From an uncultured Actinomycetes bacterium (GTDB taxonomy: Bacteria > Actinomycetota > Thermoleophilia > UBA2241): DNA of 64,000 nucleotides. The translations under genes and the position numbers were made by a program. The stretch is from contig CAVVVA010000014.1 in assembly GCA_963751565.1 (NCBI GenBank), forward strand, positions 40,139 to 104,138, in the 5' to 3' direction. Below are positions 27,129 to 36,675 of the stretch, one piece after another. The notes below the pieces were generated by a model that was not told the origin of the DNA, ran no database searches, and was given only the letters and a program-made list of their open reading frames with translations. The number at the start of each line of letters is the position of its first letter. Position 1 is the first letter of the stretch.

Positions 27129-27485
27129 CTACCCCTCGTCGGCGGGCGGAGCGGCGCGCTCCCGTTTGCGCCGCGCGCGGTGCGCCTTGTCGCTCAGGCG
27201 GCGCTCCTTTTCGGCGCGGGGCACGCGGCCGGCGCGCCGCGCCGGCCGCGCCTCGTCCGAGTTGCGGCCGGCCACCTTGTCGCGCAGGCGCTCCAGGCAG
27301 ATCGCCTTGTTGCGGTGCTGGCTGCGCTCCCGTCGGCTGACGACCACGATGCCGCTGGGCCGGTGTCGCAGGCGTACGGCGCTGTCGGTCGTGTTCTGGT
27401 ACTGGCCGCCGGGCCCGCCGGCGCGAAACGTGGTGACGTCGCATTCAGCGAGCAGGTCGACGTCGTCTGCCGGCAGCTCGATCAC
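27129..27485 (-). CDS. arfB: Peptidyl-tRNA hydrolase ArfB (class-I release-factor-like GGQ domain, ribosome rescue)
   Basis: GGQ motif (RAGGPGGQYQNTTDSAVRL) and basic C-terminal tail. Start overlaps the stop of the SGNH gene (ATGA). Confidence 0.8.
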   Translation of the reverse strand: MIELPADDVDLLAECDVTTFRAGGPGGQYQNTTDSAVRLRHRPSGIVVVSRRERSQHRNKAICLERLRDKVAGRNSDEARPARRAGRVPRAEKERRLSDKAHRARRKRERAAPPADEG

Positions 27486-28630
27486 GGTCTCTGGGCCCCT
27501 CCGCCGACGTGGTAGTCACGTTCGATCCTCGCCACGATCGCCCAGCCGAGCCGCGCGGCCCCGGGCAGCGTCATGTGGACGCCGTCGGCCTGGCGCATGA
27601 GCTGCAGGTCACCGTGGGCGTCGCGCAGATAAGGGGAGTAGGCGCCCTTCGGCGTAGCGAACATCGACCAGGTATCGACGTAGACGACCCCGGGCCGCGT
27701 GGCCGCCTCCCGCTGGAAGATCGTGTCGAGCACCTTGACCGTGCGGCTGAACGACTTGGAGCCCATGATCGGCAACCCGACCCAGTACACGCGCGTGGCG
27801 CCGCCCCGCACCAGGGTGTCCATGGCCTGGCCGACCCGCTGAGCGTACAGCGCGTCCCAGGCGGGCGATTCGCTGGCCAGCACGCGGCCGTCCAGGTCGA
27901 CCGGCTGGGCGTCGTTGGCGCCAAAGAACGCCACCGCCACGTCGGGCTGCAGCACCCGCGACACGTAGGCCAGCCGTCGCGGCCAGTCGAAGTAGTCGGG
28001 ACGGCTCAGGCCGGTCGAGATGTGATAGTCGAGGGTCGCCCTCATCACGCCGCTCTCCTGCGCGTACTGCACGACCTGGGCGCCCGAGGTCTGGGCCATC
28101 GAGTCGCCGCCGACCCAGATGCGCAAGGGCCGTTCGGCGGTGGGCGTCGGGAGGGCCGTCGTGGCCGCACTCGGCGCGCCCAGGTCGCGCAGCCCGCTGC
28201 CCGACTCCTCCGCCGGACCGCCGCGTCCCAGGAGCGCCAGGGCGGCTTCGGCGGGGCGGTCCAGGAACACGAAGTGGCTGACTGCCGCCACGGGACGGAT
28301 GGCCGCGACGGCGAGCGTCCGCTGCGCCCCGAAGGGCATCGCTCTGGCGGTGCGCTGGATGCTCGCCGCGTTCAGGAACAGCGCGAGGCCCAACCCCAGG
28401 AGCCCGGCGACCAGCACGCTGCCGGCCGGCACGAGCCGCCGGCCGGCGGCGGTCGCCGCGTGCCGCCGCTGGAGGGCGGGCCCCACCGGCGAAGCGGGTC
28501 CGACCGGCGGAGCGGTCCCAGCCGACGGTGCGGGCCCGACCGACGGAGCGGGCCCGATCGACGGAGCGGCCGGCTCGGCCACCGGATCGAACCAGTTGTC
28601 GCCACCGTCGTCGTGCCCGCGCCCGTCCAT
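27482..28630 (-). CDS. SGNH/GDSL-like hydrolase, DUF459 family (AlgX/AlgJ/PatB-type partner of MBOAT), membrane-anchored
   Basis: Start MDGRGHDD at 28630 overlaps the MBOAT stop (TGATG). Pro-rich GPAPSVGPAPSAG repeats, one TM helix, then a GDS block (IWVGGDSMAQ) and a DUF459-like C-terminus. Confidence 0.7.
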   Translation of the reverse strand: MDGRGHDDGGDNWFDPVAEPAAPSIGPAPSVGPAPSAGTAPPVGPASPVGPALQRRHAATAAGRRLVPAGSVLVAGLLGLGLALFLNAASIQRTARAMPFGAQRTLAVAAIRPVAAVSHFVFLDRPAEAALALLGRGGPAEESGSGLRDLGAPSAATTALPTPTAERPLRIWVGGDSMAQTSGAQVVQYAQESGVMRATLDYHISTGLSRPDYFDWPRRLAYVSRVLQPDVAVAFFGANDAQPVDLDGRVLASESPAWDALYAQRVGQAMDTLVRGGATRVYWVGLPIMGSKSFSRTVKVLDTIFQREAATRPGVVYVDTWSMFATPKGAYSPYLRDAHGDLQLMRQADGVHMTLPGAARLGWAIVARIERDYHVGGGAQRP

Positions 28631-30060
28631 CAGAACCTGAAGTACAGAAAGGCGGCCGGCCCTTGCGGCCCGACCACGTTGAGCACGAAGAACCCGAGCG
28701 CCAGGCCGACACCCTGCAGCACCGGCGACAGGCGCGAAAAGCGCATCTGAGCCAGCCCGGTTGCCCGCGCCGGCACGTACTGGATGGCGATGCCCACGGC
28801 GATGACGAGCACAACCATGAAGGTCACGTTCGAGCCCACGCTGCCCCAGGCCGTGAACAGCCGCGAAAGGACCGCGAAGGGCGACGCAAAGCCGGAGCTG
28901 GTCGGCAGGAAGACCCAGGCGAAGGCCACGAACTGGAACGTGACGAACCGCTGCCGCGCCACCGGCCAGAAGCCGTCGCGCAGGTCGGGCTCGCCGCGCG
29001 CCCGGCGGCGGGCGGCGCGCCAGTGGTCGTGGCAGAGCCCGGCGCCGTGCAGCCCGCCCCAGAAGACGAAGGTCCAGGCGGCGCCGTGCCACAGTCCGGC
29101 CAGGAGCATGGCCGCCATGAGGTTGAGGTACGTGCGACGCGCGCCCTTGCGATTGCCGCCGAAGGGAATGTACAGGTAGTCGCGGATCCAGCTCGACAGC
29201 GTCATGTGCCAGCGCCGCCAGAAGTCGCGCACGTCGCACGCCGTGTAGGGAGCGTTGAAGTTGTCGGGCAGCTCGAACCCGAGCAGCAGCGAGAGTCCGA
29301 TGGCCATGTCGGAGTAGGCGCTGAAATCGCAGTAGATCTGCACGGCGTAGCCGTAGATGCCCAGCAGCGTCTCGAGCGACGTGTAGCGGCCGGGAGTGGT
29401 GAACACGCCGGTGACCAGATGGGTCGCCACGTAGTCGGCGATGAGCATCTTCTTGGCGAGCCCCGCGAAGATCAGAAACCAGGCGCGGCCCGCGTCGATG
29501 CGCCGCGGGTCGCGCGGTGCGCGCAGCTGCGGCAGAAAGTCCGAGGCGCGGGCGATGGGGCCCGCGAGCAGGTAGGGAAAGAAGGCGACGTAGACGGCGA
29601 CGTCGAGCAGCGACGCCGGCTGGAGGGTGCCGCGGTAGACGTCGACCACGTACGAGATGATGCGGAAGGTCAGGAAGGAGATGCCGATCGGCAGGGCGAG
29701 CTCGAGCAGCGGTGGGGTGAACCGCAGCCCGACGACGTGGAAGACGTTGGCCGCCGAGACGACGAAGAAATCGAAGTACTTGAACACGCCGAGCAGCCCG
29801 AGATCGAAGACCAGCGCGACGACGAGGGCCGCCTTGCGCGGCCCCGCGCCCCGTGCCCGCGCGATCGCCAGGGCAAAGGCGAAGTTCGCCAGCGCGACGA
29901 CGGCGAGCAGCGCGACGGCGCGGTAGTCCCACCAGCCGTAGAACACGCCGCCGGCCAGCACGATGAACACCTTCCACGCCCGCGGGCGGGGCATGAGCAG
30001 CCAGTTGGCGATGAACACCGCCACGAAGAAGATGGCGAAGGTGATGGTCGGAAACAGCAC
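28630..30060 (-). CDS. MBOAT-family membrane-bound O-acyltransferase (AlgI/DltB/PatA-like)
   Basis: Multi-TM. The conserved His region ...LLAGLWHGAAWTFVFWGGLHGAGL... and the overall AlgI/DltB pattern are present. Confidence 0.9.
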   Translation of the reverse strand: MLFPTITFAIFFVAVFIANWLLMPRPRAWKVFIVLAGGVFYGWWDYRAVALLAVVALANFAFALAIARARGAGPRKAALVVALVFDLGLLGVFKYFDFFVVSAANVFHVVGLRFTPPLLELALPIGISFLTFRIISYVVDVYRGTLQPASLLDVAVYVAFFPYLLAGPIARASDFLPQLRAPRDPRRIDAGRAWFLIFAGLAKKMLIADYVATHLVTGVFTTPGRYTSLETLLGIYGYAVQIYCDFSAYSDMAIGLSLLLGFELPDNFNAPYTACDVRDFWRRWHMTLSSWIRDYLYIPFGGNRKGARRTYLNLMAAMLLAGLWHGAAWTFVFWGGLHGAGLCHDHWRAARRRARGEPDLRDGFWPVARQRFVTFQFVAFAWVFLPTSSGFASPFAVLSRLFTAWGSVGSNVTFMVVLVIAVGIAIQYVPARATGLAQMRFSRLSPVLQGVGLALGFFVLNVVGPQGPAAFLYFRF

Positions 30061-30142
30061 GGCAGCCCCACCCGATGGTAGATCAAGACCCGCGGCCCAT
30101 CCAAGCGCTTTGTCGCACGCCTCGCAAGGGAGGCCGTCCCGG

Positions 30143-31186
30143 TCAGGCCTCCGGGGCTGCGGTCGGCGCGGGAGCCAGCATCGCCAGGGCCGCGGGCAGG
30201 AGCTCGGCCCGCAGGGGAAGGCGGCCGAGCGGTTCGCCGTCGAGATCGAGGGCGAACCGCTCGGCCGCCGACGAGTCGAGCAGCTCGACCTCGATGCCGC
30301 GGCAGCGCAGCAGCTCCACGCCCGGCACGCTCAAGTGGCGGCCGCGGTAGACCTTGGGGAGGTTGCAAACGACGGTCCACTTGGAGTCGGTGGCGATCGA
30401 GACGACGTCGAGCAGGCCGTCGTCGGGCACGGCCGTCGGCGCCAGGCGCATGCCGCCGCCGAACACCGCGCCGTTGCAGAGTCCCAGGAGGTAGGTCGAC
30501 ACCTCGCGCTCGACGACCTCGCCCGGTTCGTGGCCGGCGAGGCCGGCGAGGCGCAGGCGCAGCCGGGCGCGGGGGCACTGCGCGAGCGCCCACACCGCCG
30601 CCAGGCCGTACGACAGGCGGCCGCCGGCCCGGCGGGGGATCTTCTCGACGTAGCGGTCGACGAGTCCGCCCGGCCCCGCCGACAGGACGTTGACGACGTA
30701 GCGCTCGCACGCTTCGCCGGCATGGTCTGGAAAGCCGACCCGCAGGAGATCGATGGCGCGCGTGCGACCGCCGGCGAGCACGCCGAGGTAGTCGTCGAGG
30801 CGGCCGCCAATGCCGAGGCTGCCGCCGAAATCGCCGCCGGTGCCCAGGCCGATGACACCGACGCGCGGGCTGCCGGCGGTCGGCGCGGGAGAGCCGGGGA
30901 CGGGCGGTGCGGGCGCTCCGGCGCCACCGGCCGCCTGTCGAGCCTGCATGACGCCGTTTACGACCTCGTTCAGCGTGCCGTCCCCGCCCACCGCGACGAT
31001 CGTCTCGCGACCTTCGCCGGCGGCGCGGCGCGCGAGGTCGGTCGCATGGCCGCGGCGCGCCGTGAGCTCGAAATCGACGTCGCCCAGGACCCGCTCGACG
31101 GCCGCCGCGAAGCGCGCCAGCGACCGTCCCCCCGCCATCTTGCCGCTCGAGGGATTGACGATCAGAAGTGGCCGGGCGCCGGTCAT
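30143..31186 (-). CDS. Diacylglycerol kinase catalytic-domain lipid kinase (YegS/BmrU/DagK family)
   Basis: LLIVNPSSGKM...IVAVGGDGTLNEVVNG is the DAGK_cat signature. Start MTGARP at 31186; upstream codons in the ORF are Arg-rich noise. Confidence 0.8.
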   Translation of the reverse strand: MTGARPLLIVNPSSGKMAGGRSLARFAAAVERVLGDVDFELTARRGHATDLARRAAGEGRETIVAVGGDGTLNEVVNGVMQARQAAGGAGAPAPPVPGSPAPTAGSPRVGVIGLGTGGDFGGSLGIGGRLDDYLGVLAGGRTRAIDLLRVGFPDHAGEACERYVVNVLSAGPGGLVDRYVEKIPRRAGGRLSYGLAAVWALAQCPRARLRLRLAGLAGHEPGEVVEREVSTYLLGLCNGAVFGGGMRLAPTAVPDDGLLDVVSIATDSKWTVVCNLPKVYRGRHLSVPGVELLRCRGIEVELLDSSAAERFALDLDGEPLGRLPLRAELLPAALAMLAPAPTAAPEA

Positions 31187-31368
31187 CCGGGCAAGTATAT
31201 GTCGGTGGCGGGCCGGCGCCACGGCAAAGCCCCGGCGCCGGTGTCCGGAGCGGCGGACGCCGGCGCCTCCCGCCGCCGGGCATCGACGCCCGCGGCCAAT
31301 GGGCGCCCGCGGGCAACGGCCGCGGGCGTCGTTTGGTATCCTTGACGTCCACCGCGACAAGGGGTCAC

Positions 31369-32631
31369 GTGGCGCACCACACCGCACGGGCAAGTTACGA
31401 GGAGCTCACCCGCCGTCTCAACAAGTTCCCCGTGGGAGCGCCGCCGACGGAGCTCTTCTACGACATCCTCGCGATGCTCTTCACAGAGCGCGAGGCGCGG
31501 CTCGTCGCGCAGCTCCCGGTCGCCCCCTTCAGGGCCGCCGACGCCGCCCGCGCCTGGGGCACCAGCGCAACGCAGGCCGAGCGCGAGCTCGACCGGCTGG
31601 TCGCCCGTTCGCTGCTCATCGACACGTGCTTCGACGGCGAGCGCCGCTACTTTCTGCCGCCTCCCATGGCCGGCTTCTTCGAGTTCTCGATGATGCGCAC
31701 CGACGGGCACGTCGACAAGCAGACCCTGGCGGAGCTCTTCCACCGCTACATGAACGTCGAGGACGAGTTCGTCCGCGAGCTGTACGAACCGGGCGAGACC
31801 CAGCTCGGCCGGGCGCTCGTGCACGAACCGGCGCTCGCTCCCCTCGACGAGCTGCACGTGCTCGACCACGAACGCGCCAGCGTCATCATCGGCGAGGCCC
31901 ACCACCTGGGCGTCGGGCTGTGCTACTGCCGCCACAAGATGGAGCACCTCGGCAAGGCCTGCGACGCTCCCCTGGAGCTGTGCCTGTCGTTGAACGCCGC
32001 CGCCGAGACCCTGATCCGCCAGGGCATCGTGCGGCCGATCGAGCCGGCCGAGGGACTCGACCTGCTCGCCGCAGCCTACGAGCACGACCTCGTGCAGTTC
32101 GCCGAGAACGTGCGCCTCGGCGTCAACTTCATCTGCAACTGCTGCTCCTGCTGCTGCGAGACGATGATCGCCGCCCGGCGCTTCGCCGTGTTGCGACCCG
32201 TCCACACGACGCGTTTCATGCCGGTGGTCGATGAGCAGGCCTGCGGCGGCTGCGGGCGCTGCGCCGAGATGTGCCCCGTCGAAGCGATGCGCCAGGAGCT
32301 GCCGGGCGCCGCGCCGACGGTCGACCGCTCGGTCTGCATCGGCTGCGGCATCTGCAGCCGGAACTGCGCGCAGCGCGCCATCCTCCTTGCCGTGCGCCCC
32401 GAACGCATCGTCACGCCGCTCGACTCGGCGCACCGCACCGTCGTGATGGCCATCGAGCGGGGCAAGCTCCAGAACCTGATCTTCTCGGAACAGGGGCTCG
32501 CCAGCCACCGGGCGCTGGCCGCCGTGCTGGGCGTCATCCTGCGTCTGCCGCCGGTCAAGCAGGTCATGGCGAGCCGGCAGATCAAGTCGCGTTATCTCGA
32601 AGGGCTGATAGCCCGCCGCCGGTACTGGTGA
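31369..32631 (+). CDS. Uncharacterized Cys-rich Fe-S protein with C-terminal 2x[4Fe-4S] ferredoxin motifs
   Basis: GTG start with AAGGGG 6 nt upstream. Motifs LCYCRHKMEHLGKAC, an unusual CNCCSCCC cluster, and CGGCGRCAEMCP...CIGCGICSRNC. Confidence 0.7.
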   Translation: MAHHTARASYEELTRRLNKFPVGAPPTELFYDILAMLFTEREARLVAQLPVAPFRAADAARAWGTSATQAERELDRLVARSLLIDTCFDGERRYFLPPPMAGFFEFSMMRTDGHVDKQTLAELFHRYMNVEDEFVRELYEPGETQLGRALVHEPALAPLDELHVLDHERASVIIGEAHHLGVGLCYCRHKMEHLGKACDAPLELCLSLNAAAETLIRQGIVRPIEPAEGLDLLAAAYEHDLVQFAENVRLGVNFICNCCSCCCETMIAARRFAVLRPVHTTRFMPVVDEQACGGCGRCAEMCPVEAMRQELPGAAPTVDRSVCIGCGICSRNCAQRAILLAVRPERIVTPLDSAHRTVVMAIERGKLQNLIFSEQGLASHRALAAVLGVILRLPPVKQVMASRQIKSRYLEGLIARRRYW

Positions 32632-32678
32632 GGCGCCCGCGGGAGGGCGCCGCTGGGCGGCGCCCTCCCGCGGGCGCC
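32632..32678. terminator. Perfect 21 bp-stem hairpin immediately after the Fe-S gene stop (GGCGCCCGCGGGAGGGCGCCGC-TGGG-GCGGCGCCCTCCCGCGGGCGCC)
   Basis: Perfect inverted repeat seen in sequence. No T-tract. Confidence 0.55.
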
Positions 32679-32704
32679 CCGGCCACCTGAGGCGGCCAGA
32701 AAGG

Positions 32705-32983
32705 ATGGTTCGCATGGAGGACGAGAGAGGACGGCCGCACGAGCCTACGTCGTCGATGACGATGCTGCGCCGTGGCGCCGTCCCGTTCCTGTGCGGTCTG
32801 GTCGCCCTCGGTCTGCTCGCGTTCATCGTGCAGAACGGCCAGCGCGCCGACGTGCACTGGCTGGCCTGGACCTTCACCGCGCCGCTCTGGATCGACCTCA
32901 TGGTGCCGGCGGTCGGCGCCGTGCTGGTCGCCGGCCTCGCCGCCGTGCTCGTCGTGCGCCGGCGACGCCGCAAGACCCGCTGA
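32705..32983 (+). CDS. Small LapA/DUF1049-family membrane protein
   Basis: LAFIVQNGQRADVHWLAWTFTAPLWIDLMV... followed by a basic tail is the LapA-like pattern. The true start is probably the internal M at about 32756. Confidence 0.6.
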   Translation: MVRMEDERGRPHEPTSSMTMLRRGAVPFLCGLVALGLLAFIVQNGQRADVHWLAWTFTAPLWIDLMVPAVGAVLVAGLAAVLVVRRRRRKTR

Positions 32984-33124
32984 CCGCGACGCCGGGGCGA
33001 TGCGGTCGGCGTGGCGCGGCGCGTCCGGCGTCGGGCTGCGGCTGCTCGCGGCGTGGGGCTGCGGCTGCTCGCGGCGTCGGATAGAATCGATCGCGGATCG
33101 ACACTCGCGCGAAAGGGGGGCGAG

Positions 33125-34111
33125 ATGAAGGTGACGCTGCTGTCCGAGGCCGAGATCCGCGCCTGCGCCGGGTTCGACCGCGAGGCGCTCGAAGCGGTCG
33201 CCCAGGGTTTCTCGCGCCTCGCAGAGGGACGCGCCTTCGCGCCCCCCGTCATCGCCATCGAGATCCCCGAGCACAACGGCGAGGTCGACATCAAGACGGC
33301 CTACATCGAGGGGCTCGACAGCTTCGCCGTCAAGGTCGCCGCGGGCTTCGCCGACAATCCCGCCAGGGGCCTGCCTTACGGCACGGGCATGATGGTCCTG
33401 ATCAGCGCCGAGACAGGCTTTCTGCAGGCGCTGCTCGTCGACAACGGCTACCTCACCGAGCTGCGCACCGGCCTGGCCGGAGCGCTCGCCGCCGACGCGC
33501 TGGCGCGGCGCGAGATCGAGACCGCCGGCGTGATCGGTTCGGGCTCGCAGGCGCGCTACCAGATGCGCGGCCTCAAGATGGTGCGCGACTTCCAACGACT
33601 GTGCGTCTACGGGGTCGTCCCCGAGGAGCTCTCGCGCTACGCCGACGACATGGCGGCCGAGCTCGGCGTCGACGTCGTCGTGGCGAGCACGGCCGAGTCG
33701 GTCGTGCGCGAGAGCGACGTCGTGGTCTGCGCCACGCCGGCGCGCGAACCCTACCTGCGGGCCCAGTGGCTGCACGCCGGCCTGCACATCACCGCGATGG
33801 GCTCCGACATGCCGGGCAAGCAGGAGCTCTACGCCGAGTGCTTCGCCAGGGCCGACCGCGTCGTCTGCGACCGCGTCTCGCAGTGTGTCGCGATCGGCGA
33901 GCTGCACCACGTCGTGGGCGCCGGCCTTCTCGACGAGAGCCGGGTCGACGAGCTCGGCGAGCTCGCCGCGGGCATGAAGCCCGGCCGTCAGGCCGACGAC
34001 GAGATCACGATCTGCGACCTGACGGGCGTCGGCGTCCAGGACACGGCGATCGCCCGGCTCGCCTACCGGCGGGCGCTGGCCGCCGGACTCGGCGTATCGT
34101 TCGGCGACTGA
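33125..34111 (+). CDS. Ornithine cyclodeaminase / mu-crystallin family protein (cyclodeaminase or ketimine reductase)
   Basis: OCD_Mu_crystallin pattern with Rossmann GVIGSGSQARYQ. AAGGGGGG Shine-Dalgarno before ATG 33125. Confidence 0.85.
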   Translation: MKVTLLSEAEIRACAGFDREALEAVAQGFSRLAEGRAFAPPVIAIEIPEHNGEVDIKTAYIEGLDSFAVKVAAGFADNPARGLPYGTGMMVLISAETGFLQALLVDNGYLTELRTGLAGALAADALARREIETAGVIGSGSQARYQMRGLKMVRDFQRLCVYGVVPEELSRYADDMAAELGVDVVVASTAESVVRESDVVVCATPAREPYLRAQWLHAGLHITAMGSDMPGKQELYAECFARADRVVCDRVSQCVAIGELHHVVGAGLLDESRVDELGELAAGMKPGRQADDEITICDLTGVGVQDTAIARLAYRRALAAGLGVSFGD

Positions 34112-34165
34112 CCGGGCGCGACGCGTCACCGGCGGCGGCATCGTCCAGGCACGAAGGAGAACCAC

Positions 34166-35308
34166 ATGGCAGCGACCCGGCCGTTCGTCGAATTCTCACT
34201 CGAGCGCCTGCTGTCGACCTACGAGAACGAGGTCGAGATCAACCTCTCCGAGAGCGGCGTGCACCCGCTGACCATGCGCAGGCTGCTCGAGATGAAGGGC
34301 GGCGACCTCGACGCCGACCTGGCGGCGATCGCCGATAGCGAGCTCAACTACCCCCAGGCCAACGGCGACCTCGAGCTGCGCGAGGCGATCGCCCGCTGGT
34401 ACCCGGGCGCGACCGCCGCCAACGTGCTCGTCACCGTCGGCGCCATCCAGGCGAACTTCACGAGCCTGCTGACCGTGACCGAGCCCGGCGACGCGGTCGC
34501 CGTCATGCAGCCCAACTACCAGCAGTTCTGGGGGCTCGCCCAGAACCTGGGACGGGCCATGAGCTCGTTCTCCCTGAAGCAGCACCGCGACTGGGCGCTC
34601 GACCTCGACGAGCTGCAGGACGCCGTCGCTCCACAAACCAGGTTCGTGGCCGTCGTGAACCCCAACAACCCCACCGGGCGGATCCTGCGCGCCGAAGAGC
34701 GGGCGGCGATCGTCGCGGCGGCGCAGCGCAGTGGCGCCTGGCTGCTGGCCGACGAGGTCTACGCAGGGGCCGAGAGGGTGACCGACGAGTTCACTCCGAC
34801 GTTCTACGGACAGTACGAGAGGGTGCTGGCGATCGGCAGCACCTCCAAGGCCTACGGGCTGCCCGGCCTGCGCATCGGCTGGGTCGTGGGGCCGGCCGAT
34901 ATCGTCGCCCGGATGTGGGCCTGGCAGGACTACATCACGATCTGTACGACCTGCCTGGGCAACAAGCTGGCCGCCGTCGCCCTGTCTCCCGGCGTGCGTC
35001 CGCAGATCCTCGCGCGCACGCGCGGCTACGTGCGGCGCGGCTTCGAGAACGTGGCGCGCTGGGCGGCGGCGCGCGACGACGTCGAGGTGCTGCCGCCCGA
35101 CGCGGCCGCCATCTGCTTCGTCAAGTACGCCCGCAAGATCAACTCGACCGAGTTCGTCATGCGGCTCGTGCGCGAGAAGAGCGCCTTCGTCGCTCCCGGC
35201 GACCTCTTTGGCCTGGATGGCCACCTGCGCGTCAGCTTCGGCCTGCCCGACGAGTACGTGCGCGAGGGGCTCGTGCGGATCGGCGAGCTGCTCGACGACG
35301 TCGGGTGA
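34166..35308 (+). CDS. PLP-dependent aminotransferase, class I/II
   Basis: PLP-Lys region AIGSTSKAYGLPGLRIGW and the class I/II fold pattern. Confidence 0.85.
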   Translation: MAATRPFVEFSLERLLSTYENEVEINLSESGVHPLTMRRLLEMKGGDLDADLAAIADSELNYPQANGDLELREAIARWYPGATAANVLVTVGAIQANFTSLLTVTEPGDAVAVMQPNYQQFWGLAQNLGRAMSSFSLKQHRDWALDLDELQDAVAPQTRFVAVVNPNNPTGRILRAEERAAIVAAAQRSGAWLLADEVYAGAERVTDEFTPTFYGQYERVLAIGSTSKAYGLPGLRIGWVVGPADIVARMWAWQDYITICTTCLGNKLAAVALSPGVRPQILARTRGYVRRGFENVARWAAARDDVEVLPPDAAAICFVKYARKINSTEFVMRLVREKSAFVAPGDLFGLDGHLRVSFGLPDEYVREGLVRIGELLDDVG

Positions 35309-35337
35309 CGGCGGCCCGGGGGCGTCCGGACGTGGCG

Positions 35338-36492
35338 ATGACGGCGAGCACGCAGAACGTCGCGCGACCCGGCGTGATCGAGCTCTCCTTCGGCGAGCCC
35401 GATCCAGCACTCTTCCCCGCCGCCGGACTGGCCGAAGCCTGCCGCGAGGCGCTCGCTGACGGTGGCGGCGAGGCTCTGGCGTACGGGGCCAACGCCGGCC
35501 CGGCGACCCTGCGCCGCCGGCTGGCCGAGCGCCTGACCGGGCTCGAGGGGCGGCCGACCCGCGACGACGAGACACTGATCAGCGGCGGCAACTCGCAAGC
35601 CCTCGACCAGCTCGTCACGCTGTTCTGCCGGCCCGGCGACGTGGTGCTCGTCGAGCGGCCCACGTACAGCCTCGCGCTGGGCATTCTGCGCGATCACCCC
35701 GTCGTTACCGAGGCGCTCGCCTTCGACGACGAAGGCCTCGACGTGGCCGCGCTCGAGCGGCGTCTCGTCGAGGCGCGGGCCACGGGCAGGCAGGTGCGGC
35801 TGCTCTACACGATCCCCACGTTCCACAACCCGACCGGCGTCTCGCTGTCCGCCGACCGGCGGCGGCGACTGGTCGAGGTCGCCGAGGCCTACGGCCTGCT
35901 CGTGGTCGAAGACGACGTCTATCGCGAGCTCTGGTACGAAGAACCGGCGCCGCCCTCGCTATGGAGCCTCGCGGCGCCCGGCAGCGTGCTGCGCCTGGGC
36001 TCCTTTGCCAAGACGATCGCCCCCGGGCTGCGCGTCGGCTGGGTGAACGCCGCTCCCGAGCAGATCGAGCGCATCGCCATGAGTGGCCTGAACGACAGCG
36101 GCGGCTGCCCCAGCCAGTTCGCCGCGGCGGTTGCCGAACGGTTTCTCGCGACCGGGCGCTACGACCCGCACGTCGCCCGGCTGCGCGCCGCCTACGCCGC
36201 CCGCCGCGACGGCCTGGCGGCCGCCCTCGCGGCGCTCCTGCCCAGGGGCTGCAGACTTTCGGCGCCGGCGGGAGGATTCTTCATCTGGGTGTCGCTGCCC
36301 GCAGGGCTGCGGGCCAGCGAACTGCTGCCGGCGGCCGAGGCGGCGGGAGTGTCGTTCGTGCCGGCCGCCCGCAGCCACCTCGACGGCTACGACGGCGGCC
36401 TGCGCCTGGCCTTCACGCTGTACGAGACCGAGCGGCTCACCGAGGCCGCGGCGCGGCTGGGCGAGACGATCGCGGCGGCGCTGCGAACGTGA
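35338..36492 (+). CDS. PLP-dependent aminotransferase, class I/II (2-aminoadipate/LysN-like)
   Basis: PLP-Lys region LGSFAKTIAPGLRVGWV. Start MTASTQ at 35338; the upstream part of the ORF overlaps the previous gene. Confidence 0.85.
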   Translation: MTASTQNVARPGVIELSFGEPDPALFPAAGLAEACREALADGGGEALAYGANAGPATLRRRLAERLTGLEGRPTRDDETLISGGNSQALDQLVTLFCRPGDVVLVERPTYSLALGILRDHPVVTEALAFDDEGLDVAALERRLVEARATGRQVRLLYTIPTFHNPTGVSLSADRRRRLVEVAEAYGLLVVEDDVYRELWYEEPAPPSLWSLAAPGSVLRLGSFAKTIAPGLRVGWVNAAPEQIERIAMSGLNDSGGCPSQFAAAVAERFLATGRYDPHVARLRAAYAARRDGLAAALAALLPRGCRLSAPAGGFFIWVSLPAGLRASELLPAAEAAGVSFVPAARSHLDGYDGGLRLAFTLYETERLTEAAARLGETIAAALRT

Positions 36493-36675
36493 AGCTCGCC
36501 GGGTAGATCAGCAGCCCCACGACGATCCACAGGATGTCGGCCCAGTCCATCCCCCCGGCCGTCTGACGTTTCGTCCCCAGATCGCCTGTTCCGCCACTGC
36601 GATCCTGTGGTACCGTGGCACTCTGCCCGCCGCGCGGGGGTGCGGTCCGTGTCCACGAGCGGGGTCACGCGACCG

